Assembly (NCBI GenBank): GCA_050253415.1
Contig: JBFWJC010000002.1
Location: 256,001-320,000 of the forward strand
Length of the DNA: 64,000 bases
Reading direction: 5' to 3'
Source: Pedobacter sp.
Lineage (GTDB): Bacteria > Desulfobacterota > Desulfuromonadia > Desulfuromonadales > Syntrophotaleaceae
Part shown: positions 37,885 to 48,815 of the stretch, in pieces
Numbering within the stretch: position 1 is the stretch's first letter
Layout: every line of letters begins with the position of its first letter
Notes under the pieces: generated by a model
What the model was told of the DNA's origin: nothing
The model's database searches: none
What the model saw: the letters and a program-made list of their open reading frames with translations, nothing else
Position numbers and translations under genes: made by a program

Positions 37885-39255
37885 ATGAAAAGGAATCAGG
37901 CCTTGGCAAATAAACCGAAAATCCGCGAACTGCTTGATGAGAGTGGTTGTGCACACAACAAGACCAAAACCTCCGGCTGCAATAAGACGGTCCCCGGTGC
38001 CACTACCGGTGGCTGTGCATTTGAGGGGGCGCAGATCTCGTTGTTCCCCTATGCCGATGCCGCTCATCTGGTGCATGGTCCCATAACCTGTGTTGGCGCT
38101 TCCTGGGAAACCCGCTTGACCCGGACCAGTTGGCCGGGCCGCGATTTGACGCAGATGGGGTTTACCACCGGGATCTCCACCAACGACGTGGTGTTTGGCG
38201 GAGAAGAGAAACTGCGGGCATCCATCGACTACATCATCGAGCATTACGCTCCCCAGGCGGTATTTGTCTACAGCACCTGCGTGACCGCCATGATCGGCGA
38301 CGATATCGATGCCGTCTGTCGTCAGGCGCAACAGGACTACGGTATTCCCATGGTACCGGTACATGCGCCGGGGTTTGTCGGCAGCAAGAATCTCGGCAGC
38401 CGTCTGGCCGGCGAAGCGGTGTTGACCAACCTGATCGGCACCCTGGAACCGGAGGTGACGACCCCTTTCGATATCAATCTTATCGGCGACTACAACGTCA
38501 CCGGCGACATGTGGCAGTACACTCCGTTGCTCGATGAACTCGGTATCCGGGTACTGTCCACTCTGAGTGGGGACGGCAGGGTGGCGAATATCCGCACCGC
38601 CCATCGCGCCAAGCTCAATGTGCTGGTCTGCGCCAAGTCGCTGATCTCTTTGCCCCGCAAGTTGCAGGAGAAATACGGTATCCCTTATATCTCGGTATCT
38701 TTCTACGGTAAGCGCGATACCAGTGCCAGTATTCTTGCCATTGCCGAAGCACTGGGCGATGCGGATCTTATCGCTCGTACCCGGCAGTTGATCGCTCGCG
38801 AGGAAGCACGCCTGGAGCAACTGCTCAAGCCTTATGAAGAAGTCTTCCGTGGCAAAAAGGCGGTGTTGAATACCGGCGGCAACAAGTCGTGGTCCATCGC
38901 CTCTGCGTTGCAGGATCTGGGGATCGAGGTGGTGGCGACCTCGGTGAAAAAAGCCACCGAGGCCGACAAGGAAAAGGCCCGTGAATATCTGGGGGATAAT
39001 GGGGTGCTGATGACCAACCCGGGTGCCGAGCAGGCCAAAATTATCGATGAAACCGGTGCCGACTTGCTGCTGGCCGGCGGTCGCAGCCTGTATACGGCCA
39101 TCAAGAAGAAGATCGCGTTTGCCGATGTCAACCAGGAGAAAAAAAAGAGTTACGGCGGTTACGACGGGCTGCTCAACCTGGCCGAAGATTTAAAGAACGC
39201 TTTGGAGAATCAGGTATTTAAAAACGTTGCAAGGAGGGCGCCGTGGGAGAAGTGA
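37885..39255 (+). CDS. nifE: Nitrogenase FeMo-cofactor scaffold NifE
   Basis: GGCAFEGAQ, HLVHGP..C, STCV.AMIGDD, GF.GSKNLG, TGGNKSWS. Confidence 0.9.
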   Translation: MKRNQALANKPKIRELLDESGCAHNKTKTSGCNKTVPGATTGGCAFEGAQISLFPYADAAHLVHGPITCVGASWETRLTRTSWPGRDLTQMGFTTGISTNDVVFGGEEKLRASIDYIIEHYAPQAVFVYSTCVTAMIGDDIDAVCRQAQQDYGIPMVPVHAPGFVGSKNLGSRLAGEAVLTNLIGTLEPEVTTPFDINLIGDYNVTGDMWQYTPLLDELGIRVLSTLSGDGRVANIRTAHRAKLNVLVCAKSLISLPRKLQEKYGIPYISVSFYGKRDTSASILAIAEALGDADLIARTRQLIAREEARLEQLLKPYEEVFRGKKAVLNTGGNKSWSIASALQDLGIEVVATSVKKATEADKEKAREYLGDNGVLMTNPGAEQAKIIDETGADLLLAGGRSLYTAIKKKIAFADVNQEKKKSYGGYDGLLNLAEDLKNALENQVFKNVARRAPWEK

Positions 39256-40535
39256 GCCATAAGATCGAAAAACCGCTGCAGGTTAATCCCATCCGGTTGT
39301 CACAGCCCATGGGTGCGGTTCTTGCCTTTCTCGGCATCGACGGCTGCATGCCGCTGATGCATGGCGGGATGGGCTGTACCTCCTTCACCAAGGTGTTTTT
39401 GACCCGCCATTTTTGCGAACCGATCGCCATTCAGACCACGGCGGTTACCGATGTTACCGCGATTCTGGATGGTGGCGACAGCAGCATTGTCGAAGCGGTG
39501 CACAATATCACCAAAAAGGTCACTCCCAGTCTCATCGGCCTGCATACCACCGGTCTTACCGAAACCAAGGGGGATGACATTCGCGGAGCCGCCAAGCAGG
39601 TTGATTTTCCCATCGTTTATGTGAATACCGCCGACTACGAAGGGGGCCTGGAAAGCGGTTGGGGCAAAACGGTCAAGGCCATCATCGAACAACTGGTGGA
39701 AGCCCGTTCGGAGGTTCGGGCCGATAAAGTGGTGCTGTTGCCACATGTTTCCATGCAGCCGATAGAAGTGGAAAAACTCAAGGATTTCATCACTCTGTTC
39801 GGTTTGGAGGTGGTGGCGCTGCCGGACCTGTCCACCTCTCTGGACGGCCACCTGGGGGAGAAGCAGAGTGCCCTGAGCAGCGGCGGCATCAGCGTGGAGG
39901 AAATATGCTCCCTGGGCGATGCGGGTGCGGTGATTTCCATCGGCGCGTCGATGCAATTAAGCGCGGAGGCCTTGCTGAAGAAGAATCCCGCCATGCAGCA
40001 CATCTCGCTTGCCCATGTGCAGGGCTTGGATGCCACCGATACCCTGGTGGAAAAATTGCTGACGTTGACGGGTGCAACACTGCCGCCGCCGAGCGTGGTG
40101 CGCTGGCGCAAACGGTTGCAGGATGTCATGCTGGACAGCCATTTTTCATTGGGACAGACCCGTGTGATGGTAGCCGGGGAACCGGATTTTGTGGCGGGGG
40201 CGTGTCAGTCTTTGTCAGAGGCGGGTGCCCGTATCAGCCTTGTTGTGGCGACGGTGGATTCCCCGCAACTGGAATCCATCGAGGCGGCCAAGGTTATGGT
40301 AGGCGACCTTGAGGATGCTGAAAGGTTGCAGGCCGGATACGATCTTATTATCGGAAATTTTCATACCGAGGCCCTTGCCCACCGGTTCGGTAAGGCTTTG
40401 GTGCTTCGCGGCTTTCCCTGTTGGGAGGTGGTCGGCAACCAATTGAAAAATGATCTGCTGTATGAAGGCGGGGCGTATTTTCTTTGCGAGGCGGCCAATG
40501 CCGCCGAGGCGAAGCGGATGAGCGAGCACGAGTAG
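39243..40535 (+). CDS. nifN: Nitrogenase FeMo-cofactor scaffold NifN
   Basis: NP...SQP.GA.LAF.G...C.PL.HG..GC, RHF.EPI..QTTA, L.D.MLD.HF. Confidence 0.9.
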   Translation: MGEVSHKIEKPLQVNPIRLSQPMGAVLAFLGIDGCMPLMHGGMGCTSFTKVFLTRHFCEPIAIQTTAVTDVTAILDGGDSSIVEAVHNITKKVTPSLIGLHTTGLTETKGDDIRGAAKQVDFPIVYVNTADYEGGLESGWGKTVKAIIEQLVEARSEVRADKVVLLPHVSMQPIEVEKLKDFITLFGLEVVALPDLSTSLDGHLGEKQSALSSGGISVEEICSLGDAGAVISIGASMQLSAEALLKKNPAMQHISLAHVQGLDATDTLVEKLLTLTGATLPPPSVVRWRKRLQDVMLDSHFSLGQTRVMVAGEPDFVAGACQSLSEAGARISLVVATVDSPQLESIEAAKVMVGDLEDAERLQAGYDLIIGNFHTEALAHRFGKALVLRGFPCWEVVGNQLKNDLLYEGGAYFLCEAANAAEAKRMSEHE

Positions 40536-40608
40536 GGTGGGCAAGGAGTCGGGGAGCCCTCCCCCGGTCTTGAATTTAGGGCTTGAAGCAAGGGCTGACA
40601 TCTCAATA

Positions 40609-40843
40609 CAAAGTTCGCCGGTCCCGGCCGGCAGCCGGGATACTTTCTTTGCCCGTCTAAAGAAAATATCCAAAGAAAGGACGTAAAACCTGGCTTTGCC
40701 GTGATGTCTGGCGCCAGCATTACAACGATAGCTCACCGGAACTGGGAATGACACACGGTTTATCTTCGTAGGTCGCATTTGTCAGCAGAGGTGATGCGCA
40801 TAGCTCGCAGCACAGCTGTTGCAGGAACCGGCGCTGCTGGATT
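40609..40843. repeat. Palindromic repeat module B, copy 2 (inverted)
   Basis: GTTCGCCGGTCCCGGCCGGCAGCCGGGATACTTTCTTT..AAAGAAAATATCC. Confidence 0.9.
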
Positions 40844-40919
40844 AGGAAAACCGTCTTGTCGCTTGGCTGAAGTCAATGGAACAGCAAATTATCTTATTCG
40901 ATCCCGGAAGGAATGCAAC

Positions 40920-41927
40920 ATGCCCGTATATTCCGAAACCATACGTCGCTGGGCCACCGATACCCGTCGATGCCGTGATTTGATCGATCCGGCCGGTACG
41001 GGGGAGGTAGGTATGGCGCATGGCGAGGCCGGTACTCGGATCGCGGTGCGCTTTACGGTTCAAACGAAAGACCATCGCATCACCGATGTTGGCTACCAGG
41101 TGTTCGGTTGCGGATATTCCATGGCGGCGTGCGCCGCAGCGGCGGAGCTGGCATTTGACCATTCACTCGCGGTGGCCATGACTATCGGTGCCGCAGATGT
41201 GGATAACCTGCTCGGCGGCCTGCCGTCGGAACGCAGTTACTGTGCTGATCTGGCGGTGGAGGCCCTGCATGCGGCTCTCGTCAGTGCCACTGGCAATGCG
41301 CAAACCGTGCAGGCTGCTTATCGTCCCCACGACGAGGAGCATGGCCCTTTGGTCGCGGCGGATAATCCGCTCTACCGGGTATTGATGGACAGCACCGCAC
41401 CCGCCGGTGCCTCGGAAGAGGACCGTCATCTGTTTGCCTGTCTGCTGACCGTGGCCGCCGATGAACCTTATGATACGGCAGCGGCGCTTGGTCTAGAGGC
41501 TGACGAGCTGCTGGATGTGCTTGGCAACTGGTTCCCGGGCTGCAGTCCCGATCTCCTCCAACGCTTCGGAAGTCCCGCCCAGGTTCCGCCGCCCGAGTAC
41601 AACGAAGAAGTCCTGCAGATTCTGCTTGCTCATGTCCCAAAAAATGATGATGGTACCCCCCGGGCGTCTTCCCTCCATCTGGCCCGTATGATCGCTGCGC
41701 GTACCGCTCGACCGGGTCATCTTTGGGTGGCCATGGGATTGTTCGAACGCCCCCAGTTGAGCGCTTCCATTCGTCGCTTGTTGCCATCCCTGGCGGCTGC
41801 CAACAGTCAGAACATGCGCTGGAAACGCTATCTTTTCAAGCAGGTCTGCGATCTCAACGGCGGTACGATGTGCAAATCCCCCAATTGCGGAGAATGCAGC
41901 GATTACGCCATCTGTTTTCCGGAATGA
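40920..41927 (+). CDS. NifU/IscU-like domain fused to NifQ
   Basis: FGCG..MAAC, ERSYCA; HLW..MGL..R..L, NMRWKRYL, CX4CX2CX5C. Confidence 0.8.
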   Translation: MPVYSETIRRWATDTRRCRDLIDPAGTGEVGMAHGEAGTRIAVRFTVQTKDHRITDVGYQVFGCGYSMAACAAAAELAFDHSLAVAMTIGAADVDNLLGGLPSERSYCADLAVEALHAALVSATGNAQTVQAAYRPHDEEHGPLVAADNPLYRVLMDSTAPAGASEEDRHLFACLLTVAADEPYDTAAALGLEADELLDVLGNWFPGCSPDLLQRFGSPAQVPPPEYNEEVLQILLAHVPKNDDGTPRASSLHLARMIAARTARPGHLWVAMGLFERPQLSASIRRLLPSLAAANSQNMRWKRYLFKQVCDLNGGTMCKSPNCGECSDYAICFPE

Positions 41928-42113
41928 TCGTGTAAGTGGCAAAATCGTCATTCGTCATTTGTTGATGGTAAGCTTCATACTGAGAACTTACAGCTTATAG
42001 CTGCTTGTCCCCTTCCCTTTGTCTTTTCCCCACCGGCAGGTTATAATCCGCTCCTGCGCAAGCCGGGAGTCCTTTGTCCCCCGGTCCATGGTTCCTGTCC
42101 GGAGGGGGCAAGT

Positions 42114-42998
42114 ATGCAAACTCTCAAGAGTACGTTGAATTACATCCATTCCCTGTTGGAGATGATCGCTTTTTCCCATTCGGTGTTCGCTTTTCCCTTC
42201 GCACTGCTCGGTGCGTTGCTGGCGGTGCAAGCCAGCGGCAGTTGGCCGACAATAGCCCAGATGGGCTGGATCTGTGTGGCCATGGTCGGCGCCCGCTCCG
42301 GTGCCATGGGGATTAACCGTATCGTCGATGCGGGGCTGGATGCCGAAAATCCACGTACGCGCGAGCGTCACATCCCCAGCGGCAAGGTGTCTCGGCGAGC
42401 GGCCTGGCTGTTGGTCGGGGTGTCCTTTGCCGCATTGCTGCTGGCGGCTGGGATGCTCAATCCGCTGTGCCTGGCATTGGCCCCGCTGGCCGTGGCCATG
42501 TTCGTCCTTTACCCGTTCTGCAAGCGCTTTACTTATCTATCCCATATCGTGTTGGGCGCGTGCCTGGGAGCGGCCCCGGTCGGTGCCTGGATCGCCCTGC
42601 GCGGCGATATCCGCTGGCCGGTGCTGTTGTTGGGGATCGCGGTGCTGCTTTGGGTGGCAGGTTTCGATATCCTTTATGCGCTGCAGGATGAAAGTCATGA
42701 TCGGCAGGCCGGACTGCACTCCTTGCCGGTTCGCCTGGGCGCGCGCCGTGCTCTGTTGCTGGCGCGACTGCTGCATGTTCTGATGTTGCTTTTGCTGGTG
42801 GCCGTGGCTGTTGGCGGTGGCCTGGGAGGGATTTTTCTGTTCGGGGTATTGGTGACGACCGGGCTGCTGGCCTGGGAGCATCATCTGGTCAGCCCCGATG
42901 ATCTGAGCTGTTTGGATAAAGCGTTTTTCACCATGAATGGGGTGGTCAGCGTGCTATTGTTTTTATTTGCGTTGGTGGATGTTTTGATCCGGATTTAA
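42114..42998 (+). CDS. UbiA-family prenyltransferase (MqnP-like)
   Basis: NRIVD...DA.NPRT..R.IP.G, FDILYALQD. Confidence 0.88.
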   Translation: MQTLKSTLNYIHSLLEMIAFSHSVFAFPFALLGALLAVQASGSWPTIAQMGWICVAMVGARSGAMGINRIVDAGLDAENPRTRERHIPSGKVSRRAAWLLVGVSFAALLLAAGMLNPLCLALAPLAVAMFVLYPFCKRFTYLSHIVLGACLGAAPVGAWIALRGDIRWPVLLLGIAVLLWVAGFDILYALQDESHDRQAGLHSLPVRLGARRALLLARLLHVLMLLLLVAVAVGGGLGGIFLFGVLVTTGLLAWEHHLVSPDDLSCLDKAFFTMNGVVSVLLFLFALVDVLIRI

Positions 42999-43004
42999 AA
43001 GGGA

Positions 43005-43472
43005 GTTGTTGCCGGAATCGGCGTTGCTGGATTTGATAGATGCTTTTGCATTCGTCGTTGCTTTCCCCCCTATGACGCCGCCGGAGCGGAGCGATCGACG
43101 GGCGAAACAGGCGGAGGACTGAGCGCAGCGAATTTTCTCCGCCCGACCGACGGTTGCGCAGCGCAGGGAACGCGCCGCAGGCGTGACCCCGCGGTCTTGA
43201 CTTTGGTTTGGCTTCTTGAAATCTTAACATCAAGTTCGCCGGTCCCGGCCGGCAGCCGGGATACTTTCTTTACCCGTCTAAAGAAAGTATCCAAAGAAAA
43301 GACGTAAGGTCTGGCTTCGCCGTTATGTCTGACGCCAGGTTGAAAGTGTCGAATTACTGTAGTTGCGAATGGCTAGCGGCGCGTCTGCGTAGGACGCATT
43401 TTTCAGCAGAGGTGATGCGCACAGCTCGCAGCACAGCTGTTGCAGGAACCGGCGCTGCGAGATTTGATAAAC
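43005..43472. repeat. Array of partial B, A (deleted form) and B modules, inverted
   Basis: Reverse complement of the modules at 37146-37638. Confidence 0.9.
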
Positions 43473-43579
43473 GCTTTTGTCTCCGTCTTTGACTATATTT
43501 GCCCCCTGCAATGCCTCTGAAGATGAGCAAATGGTGGGTGAAACAAGCGCAATAAATAAACCGGAGAAGGGAATTTCCG

Positions 43580-44185
43580 ATGCAACATATCCTTGTAGCT
43601 ATGACCGGTGCCTCCGGCGCGGTTTACGGCCTTAGGCTGGTCGAAGAACTGTTGGCCTCCAATTGCCGGGTGACCCTGCTTTTGAGCCGTTCCGGCCGTC
43701 AGGTGCTGGCGCACGAAACCGGCCTGGACTGGCAAGGGGATGTGGCTCAGCGGCTGGCGCAAATGCGGCAGTATTTCCATTGCGGTGAACATCTGACCCA
43801 CTACGACGGGGATGATATATGTGCGCCGCCGGCCAGTGGTTCAGCAGCGCTTTCCGCCATGGTGGTCATGCCTTGTTCAATGGGTACGGCAGGTCGTTTG
43901 GCGTCTGGAATCAGCGGTAATCTCATCGAGCGGGCGGCGGATGTCATGTTGAAGGAAAACCGGCCGTTATTGCTGGTGCCTCGGGAAACACCGTTGTCGG
44001 TTATTCATCTGGAAAATCTGCTGCGCCTGGCGCGGGCCGGAGCGCGTATCGTGCCGGCCATGCCGGCTTTTTACCAAAAGCCCCAGAGTATGGCGGAACT
44101 GGTCGATTTCATGGTCGGCAAGGTTCTTGACGGGCTGGGTATCGAGCACAAACTCTTTCATCGCTGGGGGGAGGACGCATCGTGA
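43580..44185 (+). CDS. ubiX: Flavin prenyltransferase
   Basis: TGASGA.YG, PCSMGT, RAADV.LKE, PRETP. Confidence 0.93.
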   Translation: MQHILVAMTGASGAVYGLRLVEELLASNCRVTLLLSRSGRQVLAHETGLDWQGDVAQRLAQMRQYFHCGEHLTHYDGDDICAPPASGSAALSAMVVMPCSMGTAGRLASGISGNLIERAADVMLKENRPLLLVPRETPLSVIHLENLLRLARAGARIVPAMPAFYQKPQSMAELVDFMVGKVLDGLGIEHKLFHRWGEDAS

Positions 44186-45270
44186 TGTCCCTGCCCGAGA
44201 TTGCCGCCAAGGTTCAAGAGGGTACGCGCCTGAACGAGGATGACGCCGCTTTTCTGTTCCAGTGCCCTGATTTGCTGGCGGTTGGCGAACTGGCGGCTTT
44301 GGCCAATCGTCGTCTGCACGGCGACAAGGTTTATTTCAACGTTAATCGCCACATCAACTACACCAACCTGTGCGTGAATAACTGCGCTTTTTGTGCTTTC
44401 CGACGCGACGAAGGGGACACGGGCGGTTATACCCTGACACTGGATGAGATCGCCGCCCGGGCGGGTGGGGCGGCTGCCGCCGGCGCCACCGAAGTGCATG
44501 TGGTGGGTGGCCTGCACCCCCATTTGCCGCTGGCGTTTTACGAACAGTTGCTCGGCGCCATCCGCCAAGCCGGCCCGGCGCTGCATATCAAGGGTTTCAC
44601 CGCCGTGGAGTTGGAGCATTTTGCCAGCATCAGCGGTTTACCGCTGGAGACGGTCATCCGCCGTTTGCAGGCGGCCGGTTTGCAATCGCTGCCCGGTGGC
44701 GGCGCGGAGATCTTCGCCGAGCGTGCCCGGGCGCAACTCTGCCCGGAAAAGATTTCCGGCAGCCGCTGGCTGGAAGTCATGCGCGTGGTTCATGCAGCCG
44801 GGCTGCGTTCCAACGCCACCATGCTGTTCGGTCATCTGGAGACGCAGGCCGAGCGTATCGACCACCTGGCGGGCCTGCGGGCATTGCAGGATGAAACAGG
44901 CGGCTTTCAGGCGTTTGTCGCACTGCCGTTTCAGCATGTCGCCACCCGTCTGGATGGGTTGCGTGGCCCCGGCGGGGTCGATATCCTGAAAACTCTGGCG
45001 GTGGCGCGCCTGTTCCTCGACAACATCCCCCATATCAAGGCTTACTGGGTGATGCTCGGTGTCAAGCTGGCGCAGGTGGCGCTGGCTTTTGGCGTTAACG
45101 ACCTGGACGGCACGGTTGTGGAAGAGCAGATCGGCCATCAGGCTGGCGCCGCCTCGCCGCAGGCGCTCAGCCGCGAGGGCCTGATGCGCCTGATCCGCAA
45201 GGCTGACCGTACCCCGGTGGAGCGTGACAGCCTGTATCGGGAAATTTGCCGGGAGCAGGGCGTATGTTGA
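44182..45270 (+). CDS. mqnE: Aminofutalosine synthase (radical SAM)
   Basis: NYTNLC...C.FC, VVGGLHP, PGGGAEIF, HIKAYWVM. Confidence 0.88.
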   Translation: MMSLPEIAAKVQEGTRLNEDDAAFLFQCPDLLAVGELAALANRRLHGDKVYFNVNRHINYTNLCVNNCAFCAFRRDEGDTGGYTLTLDEIAARAGGAAAAGATEVHVVGGLHPHLPLAFYEQLLGAIRQAGPALHIKGFTAVELEHFASISGLPLETVIRRLQAAGLQSLPGGGAEIFAERARAQLCPEKISGSRWLEVMRVVHAAGLRSNATMLFGHLETQAERIDHLAGLRALQDETGGFQAFVALPFQHVATRLDGLRGPGGVDILKTLAVARLFLDNIPHIKAYWVMLGVKLAQVALAFGVNDLDGTVVEEQIGHQAGAASPQALSREGLMRLIRKADRTPVERDSLYREICREQGVC

Positions 45271-46331
45271 AGTCGATCACTGACAAGCTCGATGCAGGTC
45301 GTGGCCTCGACCGTCAAGACACCCTGTATTTATTGCGGGAAGCCGATCTGTTAGCCCTTGGGCGGTTGGCCGATTCACTACGACGCCGGCTGCATCCGGA
45401 GGGGCGGGTGACGTTCGTGGTTGATCGCAACGTCAACTACACCAACGTCTGCCAGACGGGCTGCTGCTTTTGCGCCTTCTACCGGCAGCCGGGCGCTGCC
45501 GATGCCTATCTGCTGTCCCATGAGCAGATTCTCGACAAGGTCGCCGAACTTGCCGACTGCGGCGGTACCCAGCTGTTGCTGCAGGGCGGTTTGCACCCTG
45601 AGTTGCGCATCGAATGGTTCGAGCAACTGTTTGCTACCCTGCGTCGGCAGTTTCCCGAAGTGCAGATTCATTCGCTGTCACCGGCTGAGATCGTCCATCT
45701 GGCCGCGCAGTCCGACCTTTCGGTGGAGAGCTGTCTGCGACGTCTGCAGGCGGCCGGTCTGGCGTCGCTGCCCGGCGGCGGGGCCGAGATCCTGGTGGAT
45801 CGGGTGCGCCGCCGCATCTCGCCGGACAAGATCGGCTGGCGTCAATGGGTCGAAGTGATGGAGATCGCCCACCGACTGGGTATGCCGGGCACGGCGACCA
45901 TGATGTTCGGCGCCGGCGAAACCGATGAGGATATTGTCACCCATCTGCTGAGGGTGCGGACCCTGCAACAACGCACCGGCGGTTTCAGCGCGTTTATTCC
46001 CTGGTCCTATCAGCCCGGCAACACCGAGCTTGGCGGCGAAGAGGCGACCGGCACCGACTATCTGCGGGTGCTGGCCGTATCCCGGCTGGTGTTGCACAAT
46101 ATTCCCAATATCCAGGCCAGTTGGGTTACCCAGGGGGGCAAGCTTGCCCAGGTGGCACTGTTTTTCGGTGCCAACGATCTGGGTGGCACCATGCTCGAGG
46201 AAAATGTGGTGGCTGCCGCCGGTGCCACTTTCCGTCTTGACCGTGAAGAACTTCTGACGCTGGTGCGCGAGGCCGGCTTTGTGCCTGCCCGGCGCACGAC
46301 GGGTTATGAAATACTGGAAGAATATGTTTGA
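45264..46331 (+). CDS. mqnC: Cyclic dehypoxanthine futalosine synthase
   Basis: VDRNVNYTNVC, QGGLHP, NIQASWVTQG, GTMLEENVV. Confidence 0.9.
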   Translation: MLKSITDKLDAGRGLDRQDTLYLLREADLLALGRLADSLRRRLHPEGRVTFVVDRNVNYTNVCQTGCCFCAFYRQPGAADAYLLSHEQILDKVAELADCGGTQLLLQGGLHPELRIEWFEQLFATLRRQFPEVQIHSLSPAEIVHLAAQSDLSVESCLRRLQAAGLASLPGGGAEILVDRVRRRISPDKIGWRQWVEVMEIAHRLGMPGTATMMFGAGETDEDIVTHLLRVRTLQQRTGGFSAFIPWSYQPGNTELGGEEATGTDYLRVLAVSRLVLHNIPNIQASWVTQGGKLAQVALFFGANDLGGTMLEENVVAAAGATFRLDREELLTLVREAGFVPARRTTGYEILEEYV

Positions 46332-46345
46332 GGCAAGAGGGGCAT

Positions 46346-46450
46346 GTGACTGGTGACTGGTGACTGGTGACTGGTGACTGGTGACTGGTGACTGGTGACT
46401 GGTGACTGGTGACTGGTGACTGGTGACTGGTGACTGGTGACTGGTGACTG
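46346..46450. repeat. Perfect heptamer tandem repeat (GTGACTG)15
   Basis: 105 nt counted directly. Confidence 0.97.
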
Positions 46451-46644
46451 GAAACCCCATTCCTGTCGCGTCGCCGGAATGGAGCGGTTGGCCCCGCACT
46501 CTAGAAGGGCACGGTTTCAGGAGCCTCAACCAATCACTAATCACCAATTACCACCCACTTTCCTTTAAGGTCAACCTTGCACCCGCCTGAAATTTCCTTT
46601 AGGCTGTCAGTTTCAGTCATCAACTTCTTCATGCCGGAGACATC

Positions 46645-47688
46645 ATGAACCCGATGCGCAGAAATATTGCCCAAATGGCCGGTTACGTCCCAGGCTTTCA
46701 GCCTCGCGACGAACATCATTATATCAAGCTCAATACCAACGAAAACCCTTATCCTCCCTCGCCGCGGGTGATCGAGGCGATCCTTGCCGAGGTGGGCGAC
46801 AATCTGCGCAAGTATCCCGATGCCGCCAGTCGTGCGGGCTGCGAAGAGGCGGGGCGACTGTACGGGTTTGATCCCGAGTGGGTCATCATGGCCAACGGTT
46901 CCGATGAGGTACTCAATAACCTGATCCGCGCCTTTGCCGGGGAAGGGGAGGAAATCGCCTACGTGCATCCTTCCTATTCCTATTACAGCACGCTGGCCGA
47001 GGTGCAGGGTGCCAAGGTCAAGACCTTTCTGCTCGACGAGGGTTGGGCGTTGAAGGATTTTCCCGAGCGCTATACCGGCAAGCTGTTCTTTCTGACCAAT
47101 CCCAACGCACCCCTGGGTTTCTGTTATCCCCAGAAATTCATCGAGGAATTGGCCGGTCGGGTCGATGGCATGCTGGTGGTGGATGAAGCCTATGCCGATT
47201 TTGCCAAGGAGAATTCTCTGGATCTGGTGCGGCGTCTGCCCAACGTGGTGGTGACGCGTACCTTTTCCAAAAGCTACTCGCTGGCCGGTATGCGCCTGGG
47301 GTTGGCTATCGCCCGCCCGGAGGTGATTGCCGCTCTGAACAAGATTCGTGATCACTATAACCTCGATCGTCTGGCCCAGGCGGCCTGCGTGGCGGCGCTG
47401 GCGGATCAGGAATATTTCCAGCAATGCGTCGCAAAAATCCGTGAAACGCGCGATTGGTTCAGCGCCGAACTGCGGGTGCTGGGCTGGGAGGTTATCCCTT
47501 CCCACGGCAACTTTGTGTTTGCGTCGCCGCCGGACCGCAACGGCAAGCGCATCTACGAGGGGTTGTACGAGCGGCGCATACTGGTACGTTATTTCAGCGA
47601 TCCGGTGCTGGCCCACGGACTGCGGATCTCCATCGGCACCCGTGAGGAGATGGAAAAGACTCTGGCGGCATTGGTCGAGATCGGTTGA
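46645..47688 (+). CDS. hisC: Histidinol-phosphate aminotransferase
   Basis: [28 protein letters not shown]. Confidence 0.93.
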   Translation: MNPMRRNIAQMAGYVPGFQPRDEHHYIKLNTNENPYPPSPRVIEAILAEVGDNLRKYPDAASRAGCEEAGRLYGFDPEWVIMANGSDEVLNNLIRAFAGEGEEIAYVHPSYSYYSTLAEVQGAKVKTFLLDEGWALKDFPERYTGKLFFLTNPNAPLGFCYPQKFIEELAGRVDGMLVVDEAYADFAKENSLDLVRRLPNVVVTRTFSKSYSLAGMRLGLAIARPEVIAALNKIRDHYNLDRLAQAACVAALADQEYFQQCVAKIRETRDWFSAELRVLGWEVIPSHGNFVFASPPDRNGKRIYEGLYERRILVRYFSDPVLAHGLRISIGTREEMEKTLAALVEIG

Positions 47689-48779
47689 GCGGACCGGTAA
47701 TGCAACCGTTGCCCTGGCCGGCCGAGGACATGAACCGACGTCTGCTGGCCTGGTATGGCCGGGTCGGCCGCGATCTGCCGTGGCGTCGCACCCGCGATCC
47801 TTACCGCATCTGGCTATCGGAAATCATGCTGCAGCAGACCGGCGTGGTAGCGGTTATCCCCTACTACGAACGTTTTCTGGCGGCGTTTCCTGATGTTGCT
47901 GCGTTGGCTGCCGCGCCGCTGGATCAGGTGTTTGAGCTGTGGGCCGGACTCGGTTATTACCGCCGCGCTCGTTTTCTGCACGAAGCCGCGTGCCGGGTGA
48001 TGTCGGAGCATGGAGGCCGGTTCCCCGAGCAACTCGATACCATTATGAGCTTGCCGGGCATCGGGCGTTCTACAGCCGGTGCCATTGTATCCATCGCCTT
48101 TGATCGTAAAGGTCCCATCCTGGATGGCAATGTGCGGCGCGTGCTGTGCCGCTTGCTGGCCGTATCCGGAGACCCGCGTTCCGGCAAGGTGGAAAAACAG
48201 CTCTGGCAGTTGGCCGAAACCCTCACACCGGAGGATCGGCCCCACGATTACGCCCAGGCGATTATGGATCTGGGGGCTACTGTCTGCACGCCGCGTCGGC
48301 CCGATTGTGCGGCCTGTCCCTTGTCCGGGCTGTGCCAGGCTTTCTGGCAGGGACTGCAGGAGCAGTTGCCGCAGCGCAGCGTTCGCAAAAGCGTACCGTC
48401 GGTGCGCCAGGTGGCATTGCTGATTCGCGATCAGGGCCGTTACTTGGTGTGCAAGCGTCCGTTGGATGGTATGCTGGGCGGCCTGTGGGAGTTTCCATCC
48501 GCGACGGTCCCCGAGGGCGGAGAACCCGAAGATGCGGCCCGTGCGGTGTTGGTCGGTGAGGGGCTTTCCGCCACTCTGGAGGCGCTGGGAACGGTTCGTC
48601 ATGCCTACAGCCACTTTCGCGTCGAACTTTTTCTGTTTGCCTGCCAGGGGAGCGGTGCCGGGTGCGTCGGCGAGGAAGGAAGCCGTTGGCTCACACTGGC
48701 GGAACTGGCCGAATGGCCGCTGCACGGCTCCCATAAAAAAGCCCTCGCCTTGACTCTGGAGCAGGGCTCAAATTGTTGA
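47685..48779 (+). CDS. mutY: A/G-specific adenine glycosylase
   Basis: [27 protein letters not shown]6CX2CX5C; start uncertain. Confidence 0.93.
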   Translation: MSGPVMQPLPWPAEDMNRRLLAWYGRVGRDLPWRRTRDPYRIWLSEIMLQQTGVVAVIPYYERFLAAFPDVAALAAAPLDQVFELWAGLGYYRRARFLHEAACRVMSEHGGRFPEQLDTIMSLPGIGRSTAGAIVSIAFDRKGPILDGNVRRVLCRLLAVSGDPRSGKVEKQLWQLAETLTPEDRPHDYAQAIMDLGATVCTPRRPDCAACPLSGLCQAFWQGLQEQLPQRSVRKSVPSVRQVALLIRDQGRYLVCKRPLDGMLGGLWEFPSATVPEGGEPEDAARAVLVGEGLSATLEALGTVRHAYSHFRVELFLFACQGSGAGCVGEEGSRWLTLAELAEWPLHGSHKKALALTLEQGSNC

Positions 48780-48815
48780 TAGATTTTTTTTTCCATAAAG
48801 AACCGAGGAGAACGC

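Noticed and set aside
46346..46450. CRISPR array
   Set aside because: Tandem 7-mer with no spacers, and no cas genes in the window.
45678..46547. ORF with SPVTSHQ repeats
   Set aside because: It is a translation of the heptamer array and is antisense to mqnC.
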